NCBI GenBank assembly: GCA_038087875.1
Contig: JAXLNO010004283.1
Location: 1 to 64,000 of the forward strand
DNA: 64,000 bases
Direction of reading: 5' to 3'
From: Malacoraja senta
Taxonomy: Eukaryota
Part shown: positions 47,761 to 60,959 of the stretch, in pieces
How the letters are laid out: every line of letters starts with the position of its first letter
Position numbering within the stretch: position 1 is the stretch's first letter
Notes under the pieces: generated by a model
Databases searched by the model: none
Seen by the model: the letters and a program-made list of their open reading frames with translations, nothing else
What the model was told of the DNA's origin: nothing
Made by a program: the position numbers and the translations under genes

Positions 47761-50159
47761 GGGGGGGGGTCAAAGTGCAGGGAGGGTTTCGTGATTAATG
47801 ATGGTTTAGTGAGGCCTCTTAAACCTTCCCAAATAATGGGATACCATCATCTGCTGCCCCAACATCTGTTGTCCCCTTTCAGTCACTATCTCCAACCCTC
47901 CCATCTGACCCGGGTCCACGTGCCCCTCAACCCTTCCTCTCCTGGATCCACCTGTCACCCCTTCCCACACCCCTCCCCACCCCCTGTTTATACTTAGAAA
48001 CAGAAAATAAAAGTACTGGAGTATGCCATTCGGCCCTTCGAGTCAGCACAGCCATTCAATATGATCATGGCTGATCATCCAAAATCAGTACCCCGTTGCT
48101 GCTTTCTCCCCATCTCCCTTGATTCCGTTAGCCCAAAGAGCTATGTCTAACTCTCTCTATCTCAGCAATCTCCACTTTCCAATCAGTCCAGGCTCAGGGT
48201 CTCCATACCCAAAACATATGTTTATATGTACAGCCCTCTGCTCACTCTACAGCAACCCGACCTTATCATCAAACCTGCCGACAAGTGAGGTTTGCTGGTA
48301 GTCTGGCGAGCTGTCTTCTACCGCACTGATGCCACGCACCAGCTCTCAGACACCTCCTCCTAGCTATCCTTGGACCATGACCCCACAGATGAGCACCAAG
48401 CCATAATCTCGCAGATCATTTCTGATGTTATCACTTCCAGTTGTCTGCCCTCCACAGCCTTCAACCTGATTGTTCCCCAGCCCCGCAAGTCCCGGTTTTC
48501 CTTCTCCCCAAAATCCATCAACACAACTGCCCTGGCAGACTGTCTGAAGAAGGGTCTCGACCCGAAACGTCACCCATTTCTTCTCTCCAGTGATGCTGCC
48601 TGTCCCGCTGAATTACTGCAGCATTTTGTGTTTGCCCTGGCAGATCTATTGTGTCCTCCCTGCTCCTGTCCCACTGAATTCATTTCCACATACAAAGTCT
48701 GAAGAAGGGTCTCAACCCGAAATGTCAACCATTCCTTCTTTCCAGAGATGCTGCCTGTCCCTCTGAGTTATTCCAGCATTTTGCGCCTATCTTCGGAGCA
48801 GACCAGCATCTGCAATTCCTTCCTACATTTTATGTTTTGCTCTTGATTCTACCATCTGCAGTCTTGTGTTCCTATTTTAACGATAGAACATAAAACACTA
48901 CGGCACAGGAACGGCCCTTCAGCCCATAATGTCTGATGAACATGATGCCAATTTCAACTAATCTACTCTACCTGCATGTGATCCATTTCCATTCCCTGCA
49001 CACCTAATTAAAAGCCTCATAAATGCCACTATCGTACCTGCCTCCACCACCACCCCTGAAAGTGTGTTCCCGCTACCCTCTGTGTAGAAAAAAACTTGCT
49101 CTGCACATCGCCTTTAAACTTGCCCCCTCTCACCTTAAAGCTATGCCCTCTAGTCTTTGATAGCCTGGAAAAAAAGTTCAGACTATGTCTCTCACCCTTT
49201 GTGTAGCCTTACCTTAAGGTAACACCCTCTCATCCAGGCTGCGTTCTGGTAAACCTCCTCTGCACCCTTTGCAAAGCCTCCACATTTTTCCTGTAATGGG
49301 GCGTTAATTAAAGTCATATGAAGCTGCATCATTAAGGGATTGTAGAGAAAAGTGCTGGAGAAACTCAGCGGGTGCGGCAGCATCTATGGAGCGAAGGAAA
49401 TAAGCAACTTATTTCCCATAGATGCTGCCGCACCCGCTGAGTTTCTCCAGCACTTTTGTCTACCTTTGATTTTCCAGCATCTGCAGTTCCTTCTTAATCA
49501 TTAAGTGATTGGACAGGCTCGATGCAGGAAAAATGTTCCTGATGTTGGGAGAGTCCAGAACCAGGGCTCACAGTTTAAGAATAAGGGGTAGGCAATTTGG
49601 GACTGAGATGAGGAAAAACTTTTTAACACAGAGAGTTGTGAATCTGTGGAATTCTCTGCCACAGAAGGCAGTGGAGACCAATTCACTGGATGTTTAAGAG
49701 AGTTAGATATAGCTCTCAGGGCTAACGGAATCAAGGGGATATGGGGAGAAGGCAGGAACGGGGTACTGATTTTGGATGATCAGCTATGATCATATTGAAT
49801 GGCGGTGCTGGCTCGAAGGGCTGAATGGCCTACTCCTGCACCTATTGTCTATGTTTCTATCATGACTTCCTGTCACTTGTACTCAATGCCCCGACCGACA
49901 AAGGCAAGCATACCATACGCCTTCTTTACCATTTGGGTGAGACCCGTGCAGCCACTGAGGGCCACGTGTGCGGGAGGAAGGAGATCACACACTCTTTCAT
50001 TCAACATGTGGCAGCAGAATGGTTCAATCAAAATGTTATTATCCTTGAGCCACAAGGGACTGCAGATGCTGGAATCGTGAGTAAAACACAAAGTTCTGGA
50101 GCAACACAGTGGAGCAGGCAGCACCTCTGGAGAGCATGGATATGCGACGCTTCAGTTCA

Positions 50160-53100
50160 TAGAAACATAGAAACATAGAAAATAGGTGCAGGAGGAGGCC
50201 ATTCGGCCCTTCGAGCCAGCACCGCCATTCATTGTGATCATGGCTGATCGTCCCCTATCAATAACCGTGCCTGCCTTCTCCCCATATCCCTTGACTCCAT
50301 TAGCCCCTAGAGCTCTATCTAACTCTCTCTTAAATCCATCCAATGACTTGGCCGGGAATTCCATAAATTCACAACTCTCTGGGTGAAAAAGTTTTTTCTC
50401 GCCTCAGTCTTAAATGACCTCCCCTTTATTCTAAGACTGTGGCCCCTGGTTCTGGACTCGCCCAACATTGGGAACATTTTTCCTGCATCTAGCTTGTCCA
50501 GTCCTTTTATAATTTTATATGTTTCTATAAGTTTCCCCCTCATCCTTCTAAACTCCAGTGAATACAAACCTAGTCTTTTCAATCTATCCTCATATGACAG
50601 TCCCGCCATTCCAGGGATCAATCTCATGAACCTACGCTGCACTGCCTCAATCACAAGGATGTCCTTCCTCAAATTAGGAGACCAAAACTGTACACAATAC
50701 TCCAGATGTGGTCTCAACAGAGCCCTATACAACTGCAGAAGAACCTCTTTACTCCTATACTGAAATCCTCTTGTTATGAAGGCCAACATTCCATTAGCTT
50801 TCTTCACTGCCTGCTGTACCTGTAAGCCAACTTTCAGTGTACAAGGACGCCCAGGTCTCGCTGCACCTCCCCCTTACCTAACCTAACCCCATTGAGATAA
50901 TAATCTGCCCCCTTGTTTTTGCCGCCAAAGTGGATAACCTCACATTTATCTATATTATACTGCATCTGCCACGCATCTGCCCACTCACTCAACCTGTCCA
51001 GGTCACCCTGCAACCTCCTAACATCCTCTTCACAACTCACACTGCCACCCAGCTTTGTGTCATCTGCAAACTTGCTAGTGTTGCTCCTAATTCCCTCTTC
51101 CAAATCATTAATATATATGGTAAACAGTTGCGGCCCCAACACCGAGCCTTGCGGCACTCCACTCGCCACTGCCTGCTATTCTGAAAAGGACCCGTTCACT
51201 CCTACTCTTTGCTTCCGGTCTGCCAACCAATTTTTTATCCATGTCAACACCCTACCCCCAATACCATGTGCTCTAATTTTAGTCACCAGTCTCCCGTGCG
51301 GGACCTTATCAAAGGCTTTCTGAAAGTCTAGATACACTACATCCATTTTACTTGTCACATCCTCAAAAAATTCCAGTAGGTTTGTCAAGCATGATTTCCC
51401 TTTCATAAATCCATGCTGACTTGGACTAATCCTTTTACTGATATCCAAATGCCCCATTATTACCTCTTTAATAATTGACTCCAGCATCTTTCCCACCACC
51501 GAAGTAAGGCTAACTGGTCTGTAATTCCCCGTTTTCACTCTAGCTCCTTTCTTGAAAAGTGGGATAACATTACCTATCCTCCAATCCACAGGAACTGATC
51601 CTGAATCTATTCAACATTGGAAAATGATTACCAATGCGTCCACTATTTCTAGAGCCACCTCCCTGAGGACCCTGGGATGCAGACCATCAGGCCCAGGGGA
51701 TTTATCATCCTTCAGTCCCATTAGCCTACCCAATACTATTTCTCGCCTAATGAAAATTTCTTTCAGTTCCTCTACCCCCTTGGATCCTCTGTCCTCCAGT
51801 ACATCTGGGAGATTGTTTGTGTCTTCCATAGTGAAGACAGATCCGAAGTACCTATTCAACTCTTCTGCCATTTCGTCGTTGCCCATAATAATTTCACCCG
51901 TGTCTGCCTTCAAGGGACCCACATTTGACTTTGCTACTCTTTTTCCCTTAACATATCTAAAGAAGCTTTTACTGTCCTTCTTTATATTCCTGGCCAGCTT
52001 CCCTTCATACTTCATCTTTTCAGCACGTATTGCCCGTTTTGTTTCCTTCTGTTGTCCTATGAAAGTTTCCCAATCCTCTGGCTTCCGGCTACTCTTTGCT
52101 GGGTTATACATCTTTTCTTTTAGTTTTATTCTATCCCTAACTTCTCTTGTCAGTCACGGTTGCCTCCTACTCCCCTTAGAAACTTTCTTCCTTTTTGGAA
52201 TGAAATGATCCTGCGTCTTCTGGATTATGCCCAGAAATTCCTGCCATTGCTGTTCCACCGTCATTCCTGCTAGGATCCCTTTCCAGTCTACTTTGGCCAG
52301 CTCCCCTCTCATGCCTTCATAGTCCCCTTTGTTCAACTGCATCACTGCCACTTCCGATTTAACATTCTCCTTCTCAAATTCGCAGATTAAAACTAATCAT
52401 ATTATGATCACTACCTCCAAGCGGTTCCTTTACCTCGAGTTCTCTTATCATATCTGGTTCATTGGACAACACTAAATCCAGAATTGCCTTTTCCCTGGTC
52501 GGCTCCATTACAAGCTTAAGAATCCATCTCGGAGGCATTCTACAAACTCTCTTTCTTGGGGTCCTGAACCAACCTGATTTTCCCAGTCTACCTGCATATT
52601 GAAATCCCACATCACCACAGTGGCATTACTTTTGTTACATGCCAGTTTTAACTCCTGCTGCAACTTACACCCTACATCCGGGCTACTATTTGGGGGTCTG
52701 TAAATAACACCAATTAGTGTCTTCTTGCCTTTACAATTCCTCAACTCAATCCACAGTGACTCTACCTCGTCAGTCCATATGTCTTCCTGAATGAATTCCA
52801 TCCCTTACCAGCAGAGCTACCCCCCTCCTCTGCCCACCTGCCTGCCCTTTCTATAGCATGTATAACCCTGAATATTAAGTTCCCAGTCCCGATCCTCCTG
52901 CAGCCACGTCTCAGTAATTCCCTCAATGTCATATCTACCAACCTCTAACTGAGCCTCAAGCTCATCTACTTTACTTCTTATACTTCGCGCATTCATATAC
53001 AATAGTTTTAATTCCTTACGCATCTCACCTTTCACATCGATCCCTATTACACTTGGTCATACTCTCCTATCCCTTTGTGAGCTTCCTTTCCCGTTAATTC

Positions 53101-54500
53101 TGGGGTCATTAACCATCCTTTTACTCTCTTTCCCTTTAACTCCATCCTCGACTATTCCATTAGACACCCCACCCCCCTTATTCAGTTTAAAACCACCCGT
53201 GTAGCAGTGGCAAACCTGCCTGCCAGAATGCTGGTCCCCCACGTGTTAAGATGCAATCCGTCCCTCTTGTACAGTTCCTCCTTACTCCGAAACAGATCCC
53301 AGTGATCTAAGAATCTAAATCCCTGCCCCCTGCACCAGTTCCTCAGCCACACATTCAGGTCCCGTATCTCCCTGTTCCTGCTCTCGCCAGCACGAGGAAC
53401 TGGAAGCAAACCGGAGATAACAACCCTGGAGGTCCTGCTTTTCAGCATTTTTCAGAGTTCTCTAAAGACACGCTGCAGAATATTCATCCCCTTCTTTCCG
53501 ACATCGTTTGTGCCGACATGCACTACCACTTCCGGCTGTTCACCTTCGCCCTTGAGGATATTCTGCACTCTGTCCGTGACATCCTGGATCCTGGCACCAG
53601 GAAGGCAGCACACCATCCTCGAATCCCGTATGCTGCCGCAGAAACCCGTCTGTACCTCTCACAATGGAGTCTCCAACTACAATGGCGTTGCCTGACGTTG
53701 GCCTCTTTGGTTTTGGCTCTACAGCCCTTTTTGCTTCGCAAGCCAGTCCGCCGCTCAGTGTGATAACGTCTTCTGTCCCGACAGCTTCTAAGTGGGTGAA
53801 CCTGTTCACAAGAGGTACAACACCCGGGGACCTTTGCATTCCAAGTTTCCCTCCCTTTCTCACCGTCACCCACCTTCTCTCTTCCAGTACCTTAGGTATA
53901 ACAATCTTACTGTAGGACTTGTCGAGGAACGACTTAGTTTCTCAGACGAACCTGAGGTCATCCACTTGCTTCTCCAGTTCCCCAACACGGTCCTTCAGGA
54001 GCTGAACCTGGATGCATTCTCACATTTGTAGCAGCCAGAGGCACCAGCAGTGTCCTTGACCTCCCACATACTGCAAGCATCACACTGAATCAGCTTGCTT
54101 GACATCTCCTTCTTTCATCTCTCCCTCTCCAGCGTTTTGCGTAGCCTCCTCTCCTCAGCCTCCACGCTGAAGACTCTCGAGCCAAAGACTCACACTTTTC
54201 TCACAAGACACTCTCGAGCCAAAGACTCACACTTTTCCCACAGGGCACTTCTCACTGCCGCTCCCTAAGAGCCATCCTGCTTATATTGACTGATAAATTG
54301 CCTAATTTACCAATTTACAAACCAAATTCCTCAGTTTTAAACAGTTTTCCCCCTCTGACTCACTTCTAACTCTCCTCCCACTCGGGCTAGATCCAATCAG
54401 TTCGCGACACTTCTTCAGACAAAAAGGTGACAAAAGGGGAGCTTTCCCTGGTGGTGTGCGGCAGCAGATTACCAGCTGTGCCACTAAGTAAACAGCGCCT
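50160..54500 (-). mobile_element. Near-full-length CR1-clade LINE (family with (ATAGAAAC)n tail), disrupted
   Basis: ORF1 ATG ~54105 MSSKLIQCDACSMWEV...VVGDSIVRG...GLHLN (esterase); EN YMNARSIR...TETWL...SDHN; [21 protein letters not shown]; multiple frameshifts. Confidence 0.95.
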
Positions 54501-55395
54501 GACCGCGGGGTTTAGTTTAGTTTATTGTCACGTGAACCGAGGTACAGTGAAAAGCTATTGTTACGTGCTAACCAGTTAGCAGAAAGACAATACATGATTA
54601 CAATCGAGCCATACAGTGTACAAATACATGAAAAAGGGAATAATAGTTGATGCAAGATAAAGTCCAGTCAAGTTTGATTAAAGATAGTCCAAGGGTCTCC
54701 AATGAGGTAGCTAGTACCTCAGGACCGCTCTCCAGTTGGTGATAGGATGGTTCAGTTGCCTAATAATAGCTGGGAAGACACTCCCTGAATCTGGAGGTGT
54801 GCATATTCTGTACTTCTTGCCTGAGGGGAGAAGAGGGAGTGGCCAAGGTGTGACTCGTCCTTGATTATGCTGGTGGGCTTGCCGAGGCAGCGTGAGGTGT
54901 AAATACGATACGATATGATAGAACTTTATTTATCCCAGGAGGGAAATTGATCTGTCTACAGTCATAAAACGCAAGATACATGAAACGGAGAAATGGAGTA
55001 AAAATTTGAAGAGAGATAAACACAAAATGCTGGAGTAACTCAGTGGGTTAGGCAGCACCTCTGGAGAGAAGGAATAGGTGATGTTTCGGGGCTGCATCCT
55101 CAATTTCTTTTAGCCTTGGATGGAGCTGTTCCCAAACCATTCTGCGATACATCCCGATAAAATGCTTTCTGGGGCACATCTGTAGAAGTTAGTGCTATCC
55201 GTGTGGAGTTTGTACATTCTCCCTGTGACCACATGGGTTTCCTCCGGTTTTCTCCCACATCCCAAAGACGTGTGGGTTTGTAGGTTAATTGGCCCTCTGT
55301 AAATCGGCCTTGGTGTATCGGGGCAATTTCCCTTGGTGTTCTCCCCCAGCCTTGTCCAAATGGCTGATGGTGAAATCTTAAAGATGCACTGGATC

Positions 55396-56188
55396 TGAAA
55401 AAGTTACTTTTATAACTACTAAACCAGGTTCGCTTCTTAATAAACAGACACCACACAAACTGTTTGGTAGACCAGTTCAAAACTTTACTTAACATCGGCC
55501 GATGCAAGGGAGCGAGAATTCCAGCTAAGTGACCAATGTAGACACTCGACTGTCCTCGGTCCCCTTCTCTGAACAACAGAATTACATCGCATTATATAGT
55601 GTTTCTTTGTCACATTAGCACATTCCACAGACATTAGTCATGGTCAGAGGTACAGGAAAAGGCATCACATCAAAGGCCTTTTGTTTACAGGTTATGATAT
55701 ACTAAAAACATTGGCCATTTGTTTTAGGTCATTTTATCTTCAAAGAGATCACCCTAGCTCTTTCGCTGTTTCCTCTCTGTCACTTGGTCCTTCATAACCA
55801 TAGGCCATTTGTTTTATGGCATCTTATCTTTCCACTTCCCTGGATCCTCTCTCATCACTTCGCCCCTCCTAAACATTGGTCATTTGGTTTACGGCATCTT
55901 ACTTCAAAGATGTGACTAGCTGTTTCTCTCTTCCTTTATTGCCTCCTCCCCCATAAACATTGGTCATTTGGTTCATGGCATCTTACTTCAAAGATGTGAC
56001 TAGCTGTTTCTTTCTCTGTCACTTCCTCACTTGGGAGATAATGTTATGGTATTTATTATCGCAATACCCCAAAACCTGAGGCAACTTAACTTGCCTTTCT
56101 GTATTATTCTACTGGAGAAAAGCCTGATTTGAGACTAAATATAAGCTGTAAGCTTTTCTTATATTTTTAACATAATTCAGCTTTATCA
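55396..56188 (-). repeat. ERV 3' LTR
   Basis: Preceded on the minus strand by the PPT; same 793-bp length as the 5' LTR. Confidence 0.95.
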
Positions 56189-57807
56189 TTCCATCCTTTT
56201 ATCAAAATCTTGATAATAACTACAGTCCTTGCCGAGTACATACGAAAGACCATAAGCATCTCATCAGGCAAATTATCTCACTGTCTGTAGTCAGGGTATC
56301 TTTGCTGCATTTGTCATGTTTGACTCCAATCTTGTTTAAAAGGATGTGTGTACCATCCTTTAAATGTGGGTTAGTCCGCAAGTTTGCCATTCTGAAGAAA
56401 GTCCAGTCCATGTGGGCCACCCCAGAATAAAAGAGGGTCAATAGCTCCACAAACCGTTCACAGTCAATCAAATGTATCCAACGACGATGATCTTCAATCT
56501 TCACAGCAGTTTATGTTGTTGATAGCACTTGGTTGTTCCTTTCAACACAATCTCAATTTCTTCTTGCCCCAGCACATGGTCATTTTGTAGCCTTTATGGA
56601 ATCGTCCCTGTGCTCACAGCTCCTCTAACCTGGGAATGCAGATCTGGCAAGACCTGGGTTAATTGCTGTCCATACATAATTAGTTAATTGCCCAGGGCCT
56701 GTAGGTGGCTTCCCCCCACTCTCCAGGGGGTGGGCACAGCAGCCTTTCCTGTATCAATAAAAAAGTTGTAAATCCTGTTTCTCCAGCTGCAGTTGAATAA
56801 CCCCAATCTACTCTGAAGAAGGGCTTCGGCCCAAAATGATGCCTATTTCCTTCGCTCCATAGATGCTGCCTCATCCCCTGAGTTTCTCCAGCACTTTTGG
56901 CTACCTTTGATTTTCCAGCATCTGCAGTTCCTTCTTAAACACTTCTCTGTGAACTTATTCTTTAATCCGATTATATCTGAAGAGGCTCTCCCCACCTAAA
57001 TATTAAATTCTCCAAATATGTTCTCTTCCCCAATCTACTTATCTTCTCACCTTTTATCCCTCATTATGAGATCCCTCAAACCCCCTTTTGTAAGCCATAA
57101 GACAATTTTACATGTACATTCATTTCCCTTACACAGCACATGCTTCAACACCTTTGTTCGTCTGCAGACCGTAATCTTGCTTCATTTGCATTTTAAAGGA
57201 CAACCTCTGTTATCACATCAAAACAATCTTTCCCAAAAGAACTCACTCAGAATCAGTAATCAATAATACATTTTCTTTTTCTCTGTAATTTTGACATTTC
57301 CAATCTCATTTAACACTTTAATTGGGATGAGTCTCTTTTTGAACTCGGCTCAAAAGATTTATAACAACCAACACATTTTATCATTTGAGTATAGCTCCAC
57401 CCCCCATTCATGGCAGTGTCTTAAAGGAACACACCATAACCTGCCTGTTCATTTGCATTTTATAGGACAAGCTGTTCTTAAAGGGACTCACACCTTTGCT
57501 CATTGCTTCAAATTTCACACATTCCACATACAAAAAACATTGTTTTACAAGCAGTACATACACACAAAAAAATTGTTTTACCAGCAGTATATAATATTTC
57601 ATCTTCAAAGACGTCTCTTTGTAATTTACTTTCCCTTTTTCTGACAAGACTTCTGTTTACCAGAATCCTGGTTACCTAACCCTAATTGGACTTTGATCCA
57701 GATCATGATTAGTCAGACTCCCCGTGACTTTTCAGTCTCCCTATCCTATCCTCATTTCTCCACCGAATTTGTCTTCATCCCCAATTTTTCTATAACATAG
57801 TTGCTTG

Positions 57808-58422
57808 TCAGAAAAAGGATTCCCCCGGGGTAATTTTGTTTTGCAATGCCCCATAGGCTCTTTCCACCATCCCAGATGCCTGTGGGTGATGTACACAGTG
57901 AAATTGCTGTCGGATATAAAAATGTGTACATATTTCCTTATTAATAGTGGCAATAAAATGGGGACCATTGTCCAAGCTTATGACAGTAGGTAGGCCAAAC
58001 CTGGGAATAACTTCCCTTAACACCAATGTTACTGTAGTCTCAGCAGTATCATTAGTGGTTGGTAGAGCTTCAATCCACCTGCTAAATAAATCTAAAATAA
58101 CTAAGCAATATTTATAACACTGGGCCCTTGGCATTTCAATAAAATCAATCTGTATGCATTCAAACGGTCGTGATGGCATTGGCGTCACCCCTGAGGGTAT
58201 CCTAATTGGTTTGCCTGGATTATTTCGTTGGCAAATTTTACATTCAGAGGCCTGCTTCAGTGCCTCTTGCCGGATTTTTGGGTGCCACCACGTTTCCTTT
58301 GTCATCCTTATCATTCCCTCCTTACCAGCATGGGTAGGTGAGTGAATATATGTTAGTAAAACAGGTAAAAATGCATCAGATACACCAACTTGTCCAAGCG
58401 GGGTGAGCCGAATCAATGGCAC
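57808..58422 (-). pseudogene. pol: ERV integrase, C-terminally truncated
   Basis: HHCC zinc motif (HSPTH...CKIC), QIDF, SLDNGPHF and VERA (D,D35E triad). Confidence 0.9.
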
Positions 58423-58526
58423 AGCCCTCTTGTTTCCATAGTTATTTTTATATATGAGAGGCGTCCCTCTGTAATGTACATACCTCCCTCATGTTTGGCA
58501 GGACCGTTCTATTTGCTAGTATCTGT

Positions 58527-59360
58527 TTACCAGATGTCACTAAGCATTTGGATGCAATAGGCTGTTTGTTTGGCTACACTATCGGCAAATGCATTGCCTT
58601 TTGTTATAGGGTCCCCAGCACCAGTGCGTGTAGCACATTTAATAATGGTCAGCTGTTCTGGTATCATCAATGCCTTAAGCAAATAACGCACAGAAAGGCA
58701 TTCCCGTGCTCCCAATCCTGGGGAGCTTTGTACGGTCAGAACTTCAAGGTATAGGGATATTACTGACGGAGCTGTCACAGGTAAGTATGCCATCGCTACT
58801 GGTAGGACGTAGGGAGGTGGACATCTCCCAGGATTATCTAACTCCTCATCTTCACTACCAAACAGGGTCGTCGTGCCAGACATGAAGTCTCCTCCAGAGG
58901 ATTTACCAGTACTGAGGTTATTTTTACTAACCATCACCTGTTTCTCACCTCCTGCCTGTCTCTTAATTATTTTCTCTTGTTCCTCTGCCCACTGGCATTC
59001 TAGTTGCAATACTTTCCATCCTTTCATAGTGCCATCCTTATTTCGTAACTCTATCCCTTGTTTACACGCCGTATCCATCCAACTTCGATCTCTACTCTCC
59101 TCATGCTTCTTTTCTGCTTCTGCTTTCCACGTCTTAATTCCCTTCTTCCATTTCTTTCCTGCCTTCCTTTCCCATATCAACATTTCTGCTTTTTTAATTG
59201 TCTCGACATTCCATGTGCCCCCTACTGGCCAGGCTTCATCCCCCAACCGTTTGGTCAACTTGTAACTTAACATTCTAAATGTCTTATTATACTTAGGATT
59301 CAAATAACACATATGTTGGACGGGGGTTCCCCCCTCACTGTTATCCAGAGCATTCCCCAT
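58527..59360 (-). pseudogene. gag: ERV gag matrix region fused in frame to the RNase H C-terminus
   Basis: MGN start (myristoylation-type), WPVGGTW matrix motif, PPPY late domain, then LLKAL...IIKC...KGNAFADSVAK (RNase H); CA, NC, PR and RT absent. Confidence 0.8.
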
Positions 59361-60003
59361 AGATAGATAGAGAGAAAGAGAAAGAGAAAGCAGACTTCTT
59401 AATTCCGAATCGTTCCAAATATATCAACCAGGCCGACTCGCTACTCGAGACCCCAGTTTCTCAATTTGGCTGACTTCTTACTCTTTAATATACAACGCCA
59501 CTTATTTCTTAATCCGACAACTCTTTGGATGTCTCAATAAGCCAGACGCACACCTCAACTCCCGTATCTCAACCCGACAAAACACGGATGTCTCAACGAG
59601 GCCGATAAGCCCTTAGTAGAGAGAAAAGAAAAAAACAAAGAGAGATAGACAGAGAGAGAGAAAGAGAAACCACTCACGTCCTTCTTAACAATATACACAA
59701 GCCCTTCTTAAAAATACATGCACAATTCTGTCTTAAAAATACATACACAATCCCTTCTTAAAAAAAAACCCCTATAAAGCCCAACTGGTCTTACCTTGGT
59801 CTGTTTCTAAGAACCTCGGCAGGGAACCTGGATCAACCTCTGATGAAGGATCACAGACGTTCCCGGGAGTTTCTAGGGAGTCGGTCTTACAAGGGGGCCG
59901 ATAGAGCTCAGTTATCTCCCTTCCAATCCCGGCAACCTCTGCAACCTCTTGCACAGTCAGCTGTCGATGGGGTCCCAGCGAGGCCTGCCAAAAAAAACGC
60001 CAA

Positions 60004-60796
60004 TGAAAAAGTTACTTTTATAACTACTAAACCAGGTTCGCTTCTTAATAAACAGACACCACACAAACTGTTTGGTAGACCAGTTCAAAACTTTACTTAA
60101 CATCGGCCGATGCAAGGGAGCGAGAATTCCAGCTAAGTGACCAATGTAGACACTCGACTGTCCTCGGTCCCCTTCTCTGAACAACAGAATTACATCGCAT
60201 TATATAGTGTTTCTTTGTCACATTAGCACATTCCACAGACATTAGTCATGGTCAGAGGTACAGGAAAAGGCATCACATCAAAGGCCTTTTGTTTACAGGT
60301 TATGATATACTAAAAACATTGGCCATTTGTTTTAGGTCATTTTATCTTCAAAGAGATCACCCTAGCTCTTTCGCTGTTTCCTCTCTGTCACTTGGTCCTT
60401 CATAACCATAGGCCATTTGTTTTATGGCATCTTATCTTTCCACTTCCCTGGATCCTCTCTCATCACTTCGCCCCTCCTAAACATTGGTCATTTGGTTTAC
60501 GGCATCTTACTTCAAAGATGTGACTAGCTGTTTCTCTCTTCCTTTATTGCCTCCTCCCCCATAAACATTGGTCATTTGGTTCATGGCATCTTACTTCAAA
60601 GATGTGACTAGCTGTTTCTTTCTCTGTCACTTCCTCACTTGGGAGATAATGTTATGGTATTTATTATCGCAATACCCCAAAACCTGAGGCAACTTAACTT
60701 GCCTTTATGTATTATTCTACTGGAGAAAAGCCTGATTTGAGACTAAATATAAGCTGTAAGCTTTTCTTATATTTTTAACATAATTCAGCTTTATCA
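60004..60796 (-). repeat. ERV 5' LTR
   Basis: Direct repeat of 55396-56188; only one mismatch found by eye (60707 A vs 56099 C). Minus-strand TATATAA and AGTAAA; internal U3 repeats. Confidence 0.95.
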
Positions 60797-60959
60797 GATC
60801 TTCCCAAGCTTTCCTCTCCATTGGCCATCATGAGCAGGCGTGGACACAGACCAGGCATTAAATCACCCTGAAAATCAACAAACTCCATCAAGACTTGGAT
60901 GTTGCTGGAAAGAAAAGACTCAAAGTCTTGCTGGAGGCACTCAGCGGGTCAGGCAGTAT

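Larger units (their letters stand above)
55396..60796 (-). mobile_element. Endogenous retrovirus (class I, gamma/epsilon-like), internally deleted, very recent
   Basis: 793-bp LTRs at 55396-56188 and 60004-60796 (TG...CA), 4-bp TSD GATC (55392-55395, 60797-60800), polypurine tract (PPT) AAAAGGATGGAA before the 3' LTR, gag-MA/RNase H and integrase ORFs on the minus strand. Confidence 0.95.
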
